Of a stretch of 64,000 nt of DNA, positions 39,089 through 48,742 are shown one piece after another; the first letter of the stretch is position 1; the number at the start of each line of letters is the position of its first letter. The notes beneath the pieces are model-generated. The model ran no database searches, was not told the origin of the DNA, and was given only the letters and a program-made list of their open reading frames with translations. This DNA comes from an uncultured delta proteobacterium (GTDB lineage Bacteria > Desulfobacterota > Desulfobaccia > Desulfobaccales > 0-14-0-80-60-11), in NCBI GenBank assembly GCA_963766185.1, contig CAVXZU010000012.1, forward strand, positions 18,212 to 82,211, given 5' to 3'. The position numbers and the translations under genes are program-made.

Positions 39089-39287
39089 ACCGGGAACCCG
39101 GACCCGCAAACGCTCTCAATGCCCTCCAGGCGCCCGCGAGCAGGGGTTGCCTCTCCGGGGGCGTGGAATTTTCGCCATGGGGGAACTCAGGTCCCGGGCG
39201 TACCGCCGCCGGGGGCTGTAAAACATCCCTGAGCCCCTAAAAAATAGGGTAATTAATGAAATCTATCAGGTTTTTCCGCAAAATATT

Positions 39288-39316
39288 TTGACAATCAGGC
39301 GGGAATTACTTATCTT
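39288..39316 (+). promoter_or_regulatory. Candidate sigma-70 promoter (TTGACA-17-TATCTT)
   Basis: ttgaca at 39288-39293 and tatctt at 39311-39316, about 60 nt upstream of the ORF at 39377. Confidence 0.35.
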
Positions 39317-39376
39317 ATGTGAGCAGGGCGGCAACCATTGATCGTCAAGGCATCATTATCCTAAGGGAGGGAGAAT

Positions 39377-39850
39377 ATGAAACGGACGTGGGTCAAAGTT
39401 ATTGCTATCGTAGTGGCCCTGGCTCTGTGTGGAGCGGGGGTAGCTTTTGCGGCCAAGAAGGCTGAGGCGCCCCTTGATGTCACCAAAGCCCTGATGGCTT
39501 CCTATGATCAGATCGAAAAGAAACAGTACAAGAAAGCCGATGCGATCCTGGACAAGATCCTGGCCAAAGATCCCGGCAATCCCCTGGCCCTGAACAACAA
39601 GGCCTCCATCATGGTGTCGGAAAAGAAATTTGACAAGGCCGATACTTACCTGAACCAGGCCCTGGCCAAAGCCAAAGGCTACATGGTACAGGTTAACCGG
39701 GTGTGCTCCGTGGGCAACATCTGCCTGGCCTTCAAACCCGTGGCTTCGGGCACCGGTAATCAGGACCTCGAGCCCTTGATCAAGATGAACATCGAAATGG
39801 TCAAAGGCTACATGACTGCGGGCCCCGTGCCGGGGAAGGGCTTGAGATAA
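39377..39850 (+). CDS. Secreted TPR-like protein with a conserved Cys pair, paralog 1
   Basis: Signal peptide (ALALCGAGVAFA), DPGNPLALNN, GYMVQVNRVCSVGNICLAFKP. GGGAGGGAG lies upstream of the ATG. Confidence 0.6.
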   Translation: MKRTWVKVIAIVVALALCGAGVAFAAKKAEAPLDVTKALMASYDQIEKKQYKKADAILDKILAKDPGNPLALNNKASIMVSEKKFDKADTYLNQALAKAKGYMVQVNRVCSVGNICLAFKPVASGTGNQDLEPLIKMNIEMVKGYMTAGPVPGKGLR

Positions 39851-39883
39851 TTAACGCTTAACTGCCGCCCACTAGGAGCTCCT

Positions 39884-39909
39884 AGGCCCCCCTCCGGGGG
39901 CCTTTTTTT
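39884..39909 (+). terminator. Rho-independent terminator
   Basis: aggccccc-ctcc-gggggcct followed by ttttttt. Confidence 0.65.
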
Positions 39910-40052
39910 GCGGTCGGGGAGAGAAGTGCCCTCCAGGTGGCCGACTTATACCAAGTTGCCGTCATGGAGGTAAGAATCATTGGCACAGGCGTATCACCTG
40001 TACAGGAGCAGCTAAAGGTTCATGACCACTTGGTTAGTTTCTCCCGGGGATG

Positions 40053-40143
40053 AAAATCCCCCCTGACCCCCCTTTAGAAAAGGGGGGAAAAGACCGCGGC
40101 TTTCTAAAAGTCCCCCTTTTGTAAAGGGGGATTGAGGGGGATT
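40053..40143. repeat. Family B core module (aaaatcccc...gggggattt) without the outer TIRs
   Basis: aaaatcccccctgacccccctttagaaaagggggg...gtcccccttttgtaaagggggattgagggggattt. Confidence 0.75.
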
Positions 40144-40212
40144 TGAGTTTTCACGGTTCAGCCTGCGGCTACAAAGAAATTACCCGTTTGATCGCAACTT
40201 GATATTATAGGG

Positions 40213-40300
40213 TTTGACAAAAGTTCTTTCCGCTTCTCCCCTCTCCACCCACCGGGGGGAGAGGGCTAGGGTGAGGGGGATACGAAGAAGGTTTTGGCAA
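40213..40300 (+). repeat. 88-nt element with family B-type TIRs but a different core (ctcccctctcc...ggagaggg)
   Basis: tttgacaaaagttctttcc ... gaagaaggttttggcaa. Similar TIR logic appears at 52127-52213. Confidence 0.7.
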
Positions 40301-40321
40301 CGAGCCAAACTCCACCCGGCA

Positions 40322-40350
40322 TTGACATCCCGGCAGGACGCCGCTATGGT
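40322..40350 (+). promoter_or_regulatory. Candidate sigma-70 promoter (TTGACA-17-TATGGT)
   Basis: ttgaca at 40322-40327 and tatggt at 40345-40350, about 30 nt upstream of the ORF at 40381. Confidence 0.3.
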
Positions 40351-40380
40351 ACAATCATCTCCATCAACCGGGGGTAAGGC

Positions 40381-40818
40381 ATGAAACGGAAATCCTGGCA
40401 GCTAGTCCTCATGGTGGCGGCTCTCTCTCTGGCCCTGGCCGGGCCGGTCCGGGCCCAGGCTGACGCCGGCCTCACCGGGATGCTGGTAAAAAGCTACGAT
40501 TTGTTGGAGGCGGGCAAACTGGCCCAGGCCCAGAAAATCTACGAGCAGATCCTCAAGCAGGACCCCGGCAACCCTCTGGCCCTGAATAATCTGGGGGCCA
40601 TCAAGGTCAAAGAGAACAAGTTCCCGGAAGCCCTGGCCTACCTTTCCCAGGCCCTGCCCCGGGCCCAGGGCTATAAGTTGCAGGTGAATAAGGTGTGCGA
40701 CATGCAGGGCCTCTGCCTGGCCTTCCGGCCCCTGGAGGCGGTTTACGGCAACCAGGACCTGGCGCCCCTGGTGCAGTTAAATATCAGCCTGGTCAAAGAC
40801 CAAACTGGCGGCAGATAA
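40381..40818 (+). CDS. Secreted TPR-like protein with a conserved Cys pair, paralog 2
   Basis: Signal peptide (ALSLALAGPVRA), DPGNPLALNN, GYKLQVNKVCDMQGLCLAFRP. Roughly 40-45% identical by eye to the 39377 product. Confidence 0.6.
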   Translation: MKRKSWQLVLMVAALSLALAGPVRAQADAGLTGMLVKSYDLLEAGKLAQAQKIYEQILKQDPGNPLALNNLGAIKVKENKFPEALAYLSQALPRAQGYKLQVNKVCDMQGLCLAFRPLEAVYGNQDLAPLVQLNISLVKDQTGGR

Positions 40819-40969
40819 TAAATAGGTTGCCCCAATGATGCCGAACCGCCGCCCTGGCGGTTCATGGGCCGGCCGGGGCGCCTGCCCTCCCCTTCCGGTC
40901 TCCAGGTTCACCGAGGCCGGACCAGTCTATAGAGTTGTGACCAGAAAATCCTACCGATTCCCGGTGGGT

Positions 40970-41061
40970 AAATCCCCCTGAATCCCCCTTGTTCAAAGGG
41001 AGACTTGCAAAGGAATTCCAATAAGTTCCCCCCTTTGAAAAAGGGGGGTTAGGGGGGATTT
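40970..41061. repeat. Family B core module
   Basis: aaatccccctgaatcccccttgttcaaagggaga...ttcccccctttgaaaaaggggggttaggggggattt. Confidence 0.75.
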
Positions 41062-41120
41062 AGGTTTTTGGAGCAGGAGCCGTAACGGCAAAAACTTTTA
41101 CCATTCCCGATAATCTGCCG

Positions 41121-41807
41121 CTATGGCTTTTTCTTGCTGCCGGCCTCCGCCGCGGCCAGTCTTTCCTGGAGGTACGGCACCATCGCGGCGTCCGGCCGCT
41201 GATCCAACAGCTTGCGCCAGTAGACCGCGGCTTCTTTGGGTTCCTTGGCCTGCTCATAGAGCCCGGCCAGCCGGCGCAGCACCTCGACCTTCATAGGGCC
41301 GGCGACTTGCTCCGCCAGCGGTTTCAGCACCGCGGCCGCCTTTTTGAAGTTGCCCATGCCTTCGTAGCAATAACTGAGACTTTCGTTCACCAGGGTGTCC
41401 CAACCCGGGTCCCGTCCGTCCAGGAGGGATTCGTAGGCCTTGGCGGCCTCGTTGTACAACTGCAGCCGGTAGAGGAGGTTGGCCCGCATGAGCTGCGCTT
41501 CCCGGGCCGCCGGGGTGCCGCTATATTCCTTGACGAATTTCTCCAGGTCCTGGGCCGCGGTGATGGCCGGGACCTTGAGGTCCACCTTGGGGGTCACCTG
41601 GGCCAGGGCCGCGGCGGCCTTTTCCTGCCGGCTGGCCTCCATCCTGGCGGTCACCCCCCAGGCCCCCAGCCCCACCGCGATCACCACCCCGGCCAGCACC
41701 AGCCATTTGGCATAGGGCTTCACCCGCTCCAACAGGCGCTGCGCCAGGTTTAACATTTCCTCGGGATTGTCCAGCGCCGAGCGGCGCCGGGAACTTAGCT
41801 TGGCCAT
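41121..41807 (-). CDS. Membrane-anchored TPR-like protein (YfgM/UPF0070-like)
   Basis: One N-terminal TM segment (WLVLAGVVIAVGLGAWGV) followed by TPR-like helices; 228 aa. Confidence 0.5.
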   Translation of the reverse strand: MAKLSSRRRSALDNPEEMLNLAQRLLERVKPYAKWLVLAGVVIAVGLGAWGVTARMEASRQEKAAAALAQVTPKVDLKVPAITAAQDLEKFVKEYSGTPAAREAQLMRANLLYRLQLYNEAAKAYESLLDGRDPGWDTLVNESLSYCYEGMGNFKKAAAVLKPLAEQVAGPMKVEVLRRLAGLYEQAKEPKEAAVYWRKLLDQRPDAAMVPYLQERLAAAEAGSKKKP

Positions 41808-42104
41808 GTAGGTCTCCTAAAAACCTTTTTAAATCGATGTAGAACAGCCGCCCTCGGCTGTTCATAGGCATGCTATACACAAGGACCGGTGCAGTGGACC
41901 TCGGCCCCGGCATGATCATATCCGAGTGGTGCGCAGGGCGCACCCTACCACCTTCCTAAAATTATTCTCATACCCAAGCAATTTAATGCCAATACGCCAT
42001 GAAAAGCATGCTTCTCATAGGGGGGGACCTGCGTGTCTCCCCTCAAGGGCGCCCACACAGGCGCGCCCCTGACAATTCGTGGTCCTATCGCCCGCTATTC
42101 GGTA

Positions 42105-42575
42105 TCAGCCTCGTTTCGCCAGCCCCCGCACCAGTTCCCAGCTCCGCTCCCCGTGGCCGGTGAAGGTGAGTTGCCGCTCATTTTCCCCCAGGATCTCCAG
42201 GTCCACTGCCAAATAATCCCCGGGGAGAAGCGGGGCCAGCCGCCGGGCCCATTCCGCCGCCACCACCTGGGGCCCGCAGAGATATTCTTCCAGGTCCGGG
42301 AGCAGCGAAGCCGGCAGGTCTTCCAGGCGGTAGAGGTCCAGGTGGACCAGAGGAACCCGCCCCGGATACTCGTGTACCAGGGTGTAGCTGGGGCTGGCCA
42401 CCAGGTGGGGCGGCACCCCAAGCCCCTGGGCCAGGCCGTGGACGAACTCGGTCTTGCCGCTGCCCAATTCGCCGTTTAAGGCCACCACATCCCCCGGGGC
42501 CAACCGGTCCCCCAACCGGGCCGCCAGGGCCCGGGTCTCCTCGGGACTGCGGGTGACCCTTTGGAACGGCCTCAT
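42105..42575 (-). CDS. tsaE: tRNA threonylcarbamoyladenosine biosynthesis protein TsaE
   Basis: GDVVALNGELGSGKTEFVHGLAQGLG ... SPSYTLVHEY ... HLDLYRL. Confidence 0.85.
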   Translation of the reverse strand: MRPFQRVTRSPEETRALAARLGDRLAPGDVVALNGELGSGKTEFVHGLAQGLGVPPHLVASPSYTLVHEYPGRVPLVHLDLYRLEDLPASLLPDLEEYLCGPQVVAAEWARRLAPLLPGDYLAVDLEILGENERQLTFTGHGERSWELVRGLAKRG

Positions 42576-42632
42576 AGAGAGATAACCTTTAGCGGATAAT
42601 ATCTTGCCTGTCAGGGCAGAAACCGAAACATC

Positions 42633-42700
42633 AAAATCCCCCTTTAAAAAAGGGGGACTTCCCCTACCCCCCCTTTCGTAAAGGGGGGTAGGGGGGATTT
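42633..42700. repeat. Family B core module (short form)
   Basis: aaaatccccctttaaaaaagggggac...ccccccctttcgtaaaggggggtaggggggattt. Confidence 0.7.
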
Positions 42701-42723
42701 TTCTTTAACGGCGTCACCCCGCC

Positions 42724-43185
42724 TCACTTTTCGGGTTCCTGGGCCATGGCCCGGACCAGGTCCATCTTGCCGATGACGCCCACAATCTTGTCCCCCTTCA
42801 CCACCGGGATGGTGTGGACATTTTGCTTGGCCATGAGCCCGGCGATCTGGGGGACCGGGGTGTCCGGGGCCGCGGTCACGGGGTCCTTGGTCATGCAATC
42901 GCCCACCGTGGTGCCCAGCAGCTTTTCCACTCGCTGGATTAAATGCGAAGGAATCTGGAGGTAAATATGGAAGTCCAGGATATTAATGGCTGGAGGCATT
43001 TCCAGGTCCCGGGCCCGGTCCACCAGGTCGCTCTGGGTGATGACCCCCACCAGGCGGCCGCCCTTATCCACCACCGGCACACCGCCGATCTGGCGATTCT
43101 CCAGGGTCTTGGACAAATCCGCAATAGAGGTCTCCGGGCTGACCGTGAGGACCTCCGTGGTCATGATATCACGCGCGTAAAGCAT
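42724..43185 (-). CDS. CBS domain pair protein
   Basis: Two CBS repeats (IMTTEVLTVSP...GGVPVVDKGGRLVGVIT; CMTKDPVTAAP...HTIPVVKGDKIVGVIG). Confidence 0.8.
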   Translation of the reverse strand: MLYARDIMTTEVLTVSPETSIADLSKTLENRQIGGVPVVDKGGRLVGVITQSDLVDRARDLEMPPAINILDFHIYLQIPSHLIQRVEKLLGTTVGDCMTKDPVTAAPDTPVPQIAGLMAKQNVHTIPVVKGDKIVGVIGKMDLVRAMAQEPEK

Positions 43186-44765
43186 ATATCTCCCTCTGCC
43201 GGGGGTATCGTCCCCTGGCTGAATTCTGCCAGCATTGGGGGCAAGACGGCCAACAAGTCACCGGCGATCATGCCCCGTTGCCCGTGGTGGCTGACAAAAA
43301 AATCGGCGGCCAAACCGTGGAGGTAGACCCCCAGGCGGGCCGCGTCCCAGGGAGCCAGGCCCTGGGCCAGAAAACCGCCGATGAGTCCGGTGAGCACGTC
43401 TCCGGTGCCGCCGCTGGCCAGGGCCGGATTCCCCGTGGCATTGAGACTGGCCCGGCCATCCGGGGCGGCCACCACCGTCTGGGCCCCTTTCAACACCAGG
43501 ATGACCCCGAGTCTGGCCGCGGTTTCCCGGGCCAGGTCCAGGCGCCGGGCCTGCACTGCCGGGGTGGTAAGCCCCACCAGCCGCGCCATTTCTCCCGGGT
43601 GGGGGGTCAGAATCCGGGGCGCCAGCGCCGCCTGGAGCCCGGCGTCATCCCCTGCCAGGTTGTTGATGCCGTCGGCGTCGATGACCATGGGCCAGGCGAG
43701 GTCACGCACCAGCCGGGCCACCAGTTCCCTGGTCTCCGGGTGAGTCCCGATCCCCGGCCCCAGGGCCAGGGTGAATTTTCCGTGGTTTCCGTTAAGGAAC
43801 GCCGCAATGGGCTCCCAGGCCGCCCGACCCAGGACCCGGGCCCCCGCCGCCTCGGGCAGGGGCAGGGTCATGGCCTCGGTGAGCTTCACCTCCAGGATGT
43901 CGTTGAGACTGGCGGGGACCCCCAGGGTCACCAGCCCGGCCCCGGCTCGGAGCGCCGCCCCGGATGTCAGGGTTGCCGCCCCGGTCTTGCCCACGGACCC
44001 GGCCAGGACGAGCAGGTGCCCGAAGGTGCCCTTGTGGCTGCCGACAGGACGGGGCGGCAGCAAGGCCCGCATTTCCCCGGCTTCGGCCAGCGAAACCTTC
44101 ACCTCCTCGGCGAGAATCGGGGGAATGCCGATATCCGCCTGCCAGAGGCGGCCCACGTAATCCCGGCCCGGCGGCAGCACCTGGCCGAGCTTGGGCCAGC
44201 CGTAGGTCACGGTAACCTGGGCCTTCAGGGCCGCGCCCAGCACTTCCCCGGTGTCGGCGGACAGCCCCGTGGGAATATCCACCGCCAACACCGGCGCCCT
44301 TAGATGGTTGATCCCCTCGATCAAGGCGGCCATCAACTCCTGCACCGGGGCATTGAGGCCGGTGCCCAACAGGGCGTCCACGATGAGGCCGGCCTTGGCC
44401 AACCGGTGGATGACCGGGTTCAGGTCGGCTTCGGTGAGGACCTCCGCCACCGCGATCCCCAGGTGGGCCAGGATCTCCAGGTTGACCCGGGCGTCCCCGC
44501 TCACCCGGTCCCGGGACCCCAGGAGGAAAACGGCCACCGGGATGCCGGCGTTGGCCAGGTAGCGGGCCACCACGAAACCGTCCCCGCCATTATTGCCCCG
44601 TCCGGCCAGCACCGCCACTTCGCCCTGAAGGCCGGGAAATTCCCGCCGGAGAATCCGGTAGGTCGTCCGCCCGGCATTCTCCATGAGGACCAGGGAGGGG
44701 ATGCCAAGATCCTGGATGGCCCGGCGGTCCAACTCCCGCATCTCTGATGCCGTCACGAGTTTCAT
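43161..44765 (-). CDS. nnr: Bifunctional NAD(P)H-hydrate repair enzyme (epimerase plus ADP-dependent dehydratase)
   Basis: N-terminal YjeF_N (GRGNNGGDGFV) and a C-terminal carbohydrate-kinase domain (KGTFGHLLVLAGS...GGTGDVLTG). Confidence 0.9.
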   Translation of the reverse strand: MKLVTASEMRELDRRAIQDLGIPSLVLMENAGRTTYRILRREFPGLQGEVAVLAGRGNNGGDGFVVARYLANAGIPVAVFLLGSRDRVSGDARVNLEILAHLGIAVAEVLTEADLNPVIHRLAKAGLIVDALLGTGLNAPVQELMAALIEGINHLRAPVLAVDIPTGLSADTGEVLGAALKAQVTVTYGWPKLGQVLPPGRDYVGRLWQADIGIPPILAEEVKVSLAEAGEMRALLPPRPVGSHKGTFGHLLVLAGSVGKTGAATLTSGAALRAGAGLVTLGVPASLNDILEVKLTEAMTLPLPEAAGARVLGRAAWEPIAAFLNGNHGKFTLALGPGIGTHPETRELVARLVRDLAWPMVIDADGINNLAGDDAGLQAALAPRILTPHPGEMARLVGLTTPAVQARRLDLARETAARLGVILVLKGAQTVVAAPDGRASLNATGNPALASGGTGDVLTGLIGGFLAQGLAPWDAARLGVYLHGLAADFFVSHHGQRGMIAGDLLAVLPPMLAEFSQGTIPPAEGDICFTRVIS

Positions 44766-45010
44766 ATCTCAACCTGAGTCTGAAATTTACGGTTTAAGAT
44801 AACACACCCATCCGGGTATTAGCAATTAGCCCTTAACGGCGAGGCAAAACCAGGCATGGTGAAAACGATTTCTTGCGGCTGCTTCGCCCCCCTCACCGCA
44901 ATTTTCTCCCCCGAGGGGAGATGACGTTACGGGAAGCTCTGCCAAAAACAGGTTATTCGGCATTCGAAACGGCATGCAGGATCTCAACTTCCAGAAAATG
45001 CGTTCTAGCG

Positions 45011-45169
45011 TTTGCCATAAATTCTTTCCACTTAGAGATTCTTAAATCACCCTAAATCCCCCTTTTTCAAAGTTGGACTTTAGCAGCAATTCCTTAGAGT
45101 TCCCCCCTTTTCTCAAGGGGGGTTAGGGGGGATTTGAATGATGCCGCCACCGGAAAATACTTTTGGCAA
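45011..45169 (+). repeat. 159-nt TIR-bounded MITE-like element, family B, second full copy
   Basis: tttgccataaattctttcc...aaatccccc...ggggggattt...ggaaaatacttttggcaa. Same orientation as 30642-30800. Confidence 0.85.
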
Positions 45170-45214
45170 ACACTGGAGCTGAAAGCTGAGGGCTGATGGC
45201 TAAAAGCTGTTCCC

Positions 45215-45241
45215 ACAAAAAAGGCGGCCCGGAGGCCGCCT
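45215..45241 (-). terminator. Rho-independent terminator for the outer-membrane protein gene
   Basis: The reverse strand reads aggcggcc-tccg-ggccgcct followed by tttttt. Confidence 0.6.
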
Positions 45242-45268
45242 GATCGACTTGACCAACAGGTCGTTGGC

Positions 45269-46147
45269 CTACCAGTGGTAGGCCACCCCCGCCACCACCT
45301 TGTGGCAGTCGAAATCGAAGGTCGCCATGCCCCGTCCCTGGGTGCCGTTAGGCAGGTAGAAGGGATGGGATTCAATTTCCACGGCCCATTGGCGGTTAAA
45401 TTTGTATTCCACGAAGCCGCCGATGTGTTTGGTAAACATGTAACGCACCCCCGCCATCACATCGAGGCCGAAATTTTTCGCCGAGTCCACCTCTTCATAC
45501 AAGACGATAAAGGCGGGACCGATCCCCACATAAGGCTGCAAGCGCCCAAAGGGCACCTCCTTATCCGGGAGAAAACCGTAGCGCCCGACGATATGCAGGG
45601 CCGTGGTCCAATTAACCCAGAAGTCATTGGGGACCGCAGCCTGGGTATACCCCTGGATGGGACGGCTGGTCGACAGGGTGCGGCGGTTCACGTAACTGTT
45701 GTTGACCATGGACTCGACTTCGAATCCCACGTAGGGCACGGTGTGGGTAAAATACCCCAGTTTCAAGCCCCCGGTCAAAGAATTGCTGAATTGATTGCTG
45801 AACAGCGTGGCTGAACTCGCGGACGACAGCGGGCCGCCTCCCGGGTTCAGGGTGAACCCGTTTGAATACTTGAGGTCCTGGCTGGGAGTAAATGCCACCC
45901 CCAGGAAGCCCCCGGCGTAAAATTCACCGTTGAGCAGCCGCTCCTTACCTTGGCGCGAGGGGAGATTTTCGTAGACGCCATAGGCGATAAGCGGCGTCGC
46001 CAGCAGCCCGAGGATGGTGCAGCCGACGGCCAGGTTGGTTTGCAACGCCATAACCGGCGTCGGCGCCGGTATCAGGAAACCTACGGTTAAGAGAACGATG
46101 ACAAACCCCAGCCTCCATCTCTTGTGCTTACTGCGGCCCCCGTTCAT
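45269..46147 (-). CDS. Outer-membrane beta-barrel protein (OmpW/OmpA-barrel-like)
   Basis: Alternating amphipathic strands and the C-terminal GVAYHW aromatic terminus; 292 aa. Confidence 0.6.
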   Translation of the reverse strand: MNGGRSKHKRWRLGFVIVLLTVGFLIPAPTPVMALQTNLAVGCTILGLLATPLIAYGVYENLPSRQGKERLLNGEFYAGGFLGVAFTPSQDLKYSNGFTLNPGGGPLSSASSATLFSNQFSNSLTGGLKLGYFTHTVPYVGFEVESMVNNSYVNRRTLSTSRPIQGYTQAAVPNDFWVNWTTALHIVGRYGFLPDKEVPFGRLQPYVGIGPAFIVLYEEVDSAKNFGLDVMAGVRYMFTKHIGGFVEYKFNRQWAVEIESHPFYLPNGTQGRGMATFDFDCHKVVAGVAYHW

Positions 46148-46319
46148 TTTCTCCGCCCCCCCTTGACACCCTTTAAAGTTTAATGATTCTAGTGTTTATT
46201 CTTGCTTAAAGTCAAGGAAAAACAAAGGCCGGTCAGTTAGGGATAATCATGTTGACTCAGGGCCCCTGGATTGATAAATTTTATGATGCAGGCATTATCT
46301 CTCCATTTCTAAGGAATCC

Positions 46320-46940
46320 GTGACTGTCATTATTGATTATCAAGCTGGAAATCTCACCAGCGTAGTCCGGTCTCTCAAAGCCCTCGGGGTGGAGGGTACG
46401 GTGACCCAGGACCCGGCGCTGGTGGCCCAGGCCACCCGTGTCATTTTCCCCGGGGTGGGAGCAGCGGGCAAGGCCATGGCCACGCTCCGGGAACTGGGTC
46501 TGGATCAGGCCCTGCGCCAGAGTTTGGCTCGGGGTATCCCCATCCTGGGCATCTGCCTGGGAGCCCAAATCATTCTGGAGCACAGTGAAGAGAATGAGGC
46601 CGCCTGCCTGGGTCTGTTACCCGGCCGCACCCGGGCCCTCCCCCGGAGCCAGGGCCTGAAAATCCCCCACATGGGCTGGAACCAGGTGCGCTTTCTCCGA
46701 ACCCACCCGGTATTCAGGGGCTTGCCCGAGGGCGCCGAATACTATTTTGTCCACAGCTACTATCCCGACCCCGCCCAAACGACCATGGTGCTGGGAGTGA
46801 CGGACCATGGCATTGAATTTCCCAGCGCCATTGGCTGGCAAAACTTGGTGGCCACCCAGTTTCACCCGGAAAAAAGCGGGCGTTTCGGACTTCAGATCCT
46901 GGAGAATTTCCTGGCCTGGGACGGCTCCTATGCTGAGTAA
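46320..46940 (+). CDS. hisH: Imidazole glycerol phosphate synthase, glutamine amidotransferase subunit
   Basis: [20 protein letters not shown] (catalytic Cys), FHPEKS. GTG start. Confidence 0.9.
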   Translation: MTVIIDYQAGNLTSVVRSLKALGVEGTVTQDPALVAQATRVIFPGVGAAGKAMATLRELGLDQALRQSLARGIPILGICLGAQIILEHSEENEAACLGLLPGRTRALPRSQGLKIPHMGWNQVRFLRTHPVFRGLPEGAEYYFVHSYYPDPAQTTMVLGVTDHGIEFPSAIGWQNLVATQFHPEKSGRFGLQILENFLAWDGSYAE

Positions 46941-47709
46941 GCGGATTATTCCCTGTCTGGACGTCCGGGACGGCCGGACCACCAAGGGCATTAAATTCAG
47001 GGACAATGTCGATATCGGGGACCCCGTGGCCATGGCCCGGCTCTACTATGAAGCCGGGGCCGACGAACTGGTCTTTTACGACATCACCGCCTCCAGTGAC
47101 CGCCGGAACATCATGATCGACGTGGTCCGCCGGGTGGCCGCCGAGATCCTCATCCCCTTTTCGGTGGGCGGCGGCATCCGGAACCTCAACGACATGCGGG
47201 ATGTCCTGTTGGCCGGGGCTGAAAAGGTGAGCGTCAACAGTGCCGCCATCCTGGAACCCGGGCTGATCACCGCCGGGGCCCAGGCCTTCGGCAGCCAATG
47301 CATCGTCTTGGGCATGGATGTGAAAAAGGTCACCCCCTCCCCCACCATACCCTCGGGTTATGAAATGGTGATCCACGGGGGCCGCACCCCCATGGGGATC
47401 GACGCCCTCTGGTGGGCCCGGGAGGCGGTGCGGTTGGGGGCTGGGGAAATCTGCCTCAACTCCATCGATGCCGACGGCACTCAGGCGGGTTATGAACTGA
47501 ACCTGACCCGGATGATCTCCGAAGCCGTGCCCATCCCGGTGATTGCCTCAGGTGGCGCCGGCGTCCCCGAGCACCTCCACCAGGTGCTCACCCAGGGTCG
47601 GGCGGACGCGGCCCTCATTGCTTCCATGGTCCATTACGGCACGTATACCATTAAAGAAATTAAAGACTATCTGGCCCAGCGACGCATCCCGGTCCGCCTG
47701 GTCTGGTAA
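46930..47709 (+). CDS. hisF: Imidazole glycerol phosphate synthase, cyclase subunit
   Basis: [20 protein letters not shown]...[13 protein letters not shown]...SVGGGI...IASGGAG. Confidence 0.95.
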   Translation: MLSKRIIPCLDVRDGRTTKGIKFRDNVDIGDPVAMARLYYEAGADELVFYDITASSDRRNIMIDVVRRVAAEILIPFSVGGGIRNLNDMRDVLLAGAEKVSVNSAAILEPGLITAGAQAFGSQCIVLGMDVKKVTPSPTIPSGYEMVIHGGRTPMGIDALWWAREAVRLGAGEICLNSIDADGTQAGYELNLTRMISEAVPIPVIASGGAGVPEHLHQVLTQGRADAALIASMVHYGTYTIKEIKDYLAQRRIPVRLVW

Positions 47710-47729
47710 ACCCATAAACCCCAGGAAGG

Positions 47730-48710
47730 ATGCCTTTGAACGATCAGCTTGACAGGAAGGTGGCCGATTTTCCGGAAGAGCTGCCGGAGATTCTCGAACC
47801 CGAGATCGCAGCCGAGGTCGAAGCACCCGAGGTCTCTCTGCCGATTCCCAGCGATCTCGACCTGGTGCAGCGCTATATCCGCGAGGCCAACCACTTTGCC
47901 CTCCTCACCCCGGAGGATGAAAAAGCCCTCACGACCCACTACCATGAGACCGGCGACCAGGAAGCCGGCTCCCGCCTGATCACCAGTAACCTGAGGTTGG
48001 TGATCAAGATTGCCCTGGAGTTCCAGAAATACTGGATGAAAAACCTGCTGGACCTGATCCAGGAAGGCAATATCGGTCTCATGCATGCCATCCGGAAATT
48101 CGACCCCTACCGGGGCATCAAGCTCTCCTATTATGCTTCCTTCTGGATCAAGGCCTACATTCTCAAATTCATCATGGACAACTGGAAGCTGGTGAAGATC
48201 GGCACCACGCAGTCTCAACGCAAACTCTTTTACAACCTGAAACGGGAAAAAGAGAAGCTCCGGTCCCAGGGGTTTGAGCCGGGCCCCAAACTCCTGGCGG
48301 AGGTCTTGAACGTGCGGGAGGAGGAGGTCATCGAGATGGACCAGCGCCTGGGCGCCTGGGAGCTTTCCCTGGACGCACCCTTGAAGGACGGCTCCGATGA
48401 AAATCACAAGAATTTCCTGCCGTCCTCCGAGCCCCAGGTGGAAGAATTGTTGGCCGATGCGGAACTGAAAAACCTGTTCCGCCAGAAGCTGGCGGAGTTT
48501 CGCACCGAACTCAACGACAAGGAACTGGATATCTTAGACTTGCGCCTGCTGGCGGAAAAGCCCATGACCCTCCAGGAGATTGGGGCCCGTCACCAAATCT
48601 CCCGGGAGCGGGTGCGTCAAATTGAGGACCGGCTCATTAAGCGGTTGCGCCATTATCTCAAAAATGAAATCGCCGACTGGAAAGACTATGAGACCCCCAT
48701 GGGGGATTAG
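47730..48710 (+). CDS. rpoH: RNA polymerase sigma-32 (RpoH-type) factor
   Basis: Region 2 (DLIQEGNIGLMHAIRKFDP), an RpoH-box-like TTQSQRKLFYNLKREK, and region 4 (TLQEIGARHQISRERVRQIE). Confidence 0.75.
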   Translation: MPLNDQLDRKVADFPEELPEILEPEIAAEVEAPEVSLPIPSDLDLVQRYIREANHFALLTPEDEKALTTHYHETGDQEAGSRLITSNLRLVIKIALEFQKYWMKNLLDLIQEGNIGLMHAIRKFDPYRGIKLSYYASFWIKAYILKFIMDNWKLVKIGTTQSQRKLFYNLKREKEKLRSQGFEPGPKLLAEVLNVREEEVIEMDQRLGAWELSLDAPLKDGSDENHKNFLPSSEPQVEELLADAELKNLFRQKLAEFRTELNDKELDILDLRLLAEKPMTLQEIGARHQISRERVRQIEDRLIKRLRHYLKNEIADWKDYETPMGD

Positions 48711-48742
48711 CCGCCCCCCGGGCCGCTTGCCGAGGAACAACC

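Noticed and set aside
40053-42700. CRISPR-like appearance of the recurring aaatccccc/gggggattt modules.
   Set aside because: The copies are imperfect palindromes with irregular spacing (hundreds to thousands of nt). They are separated by genes and show no uniform spacer length. No cas genes are present.
46320-47709. hisH directly followed by hisF without hisA.
   Set aside because: Dispersed his genes are common in many bacteria, so this is not informative by itself.
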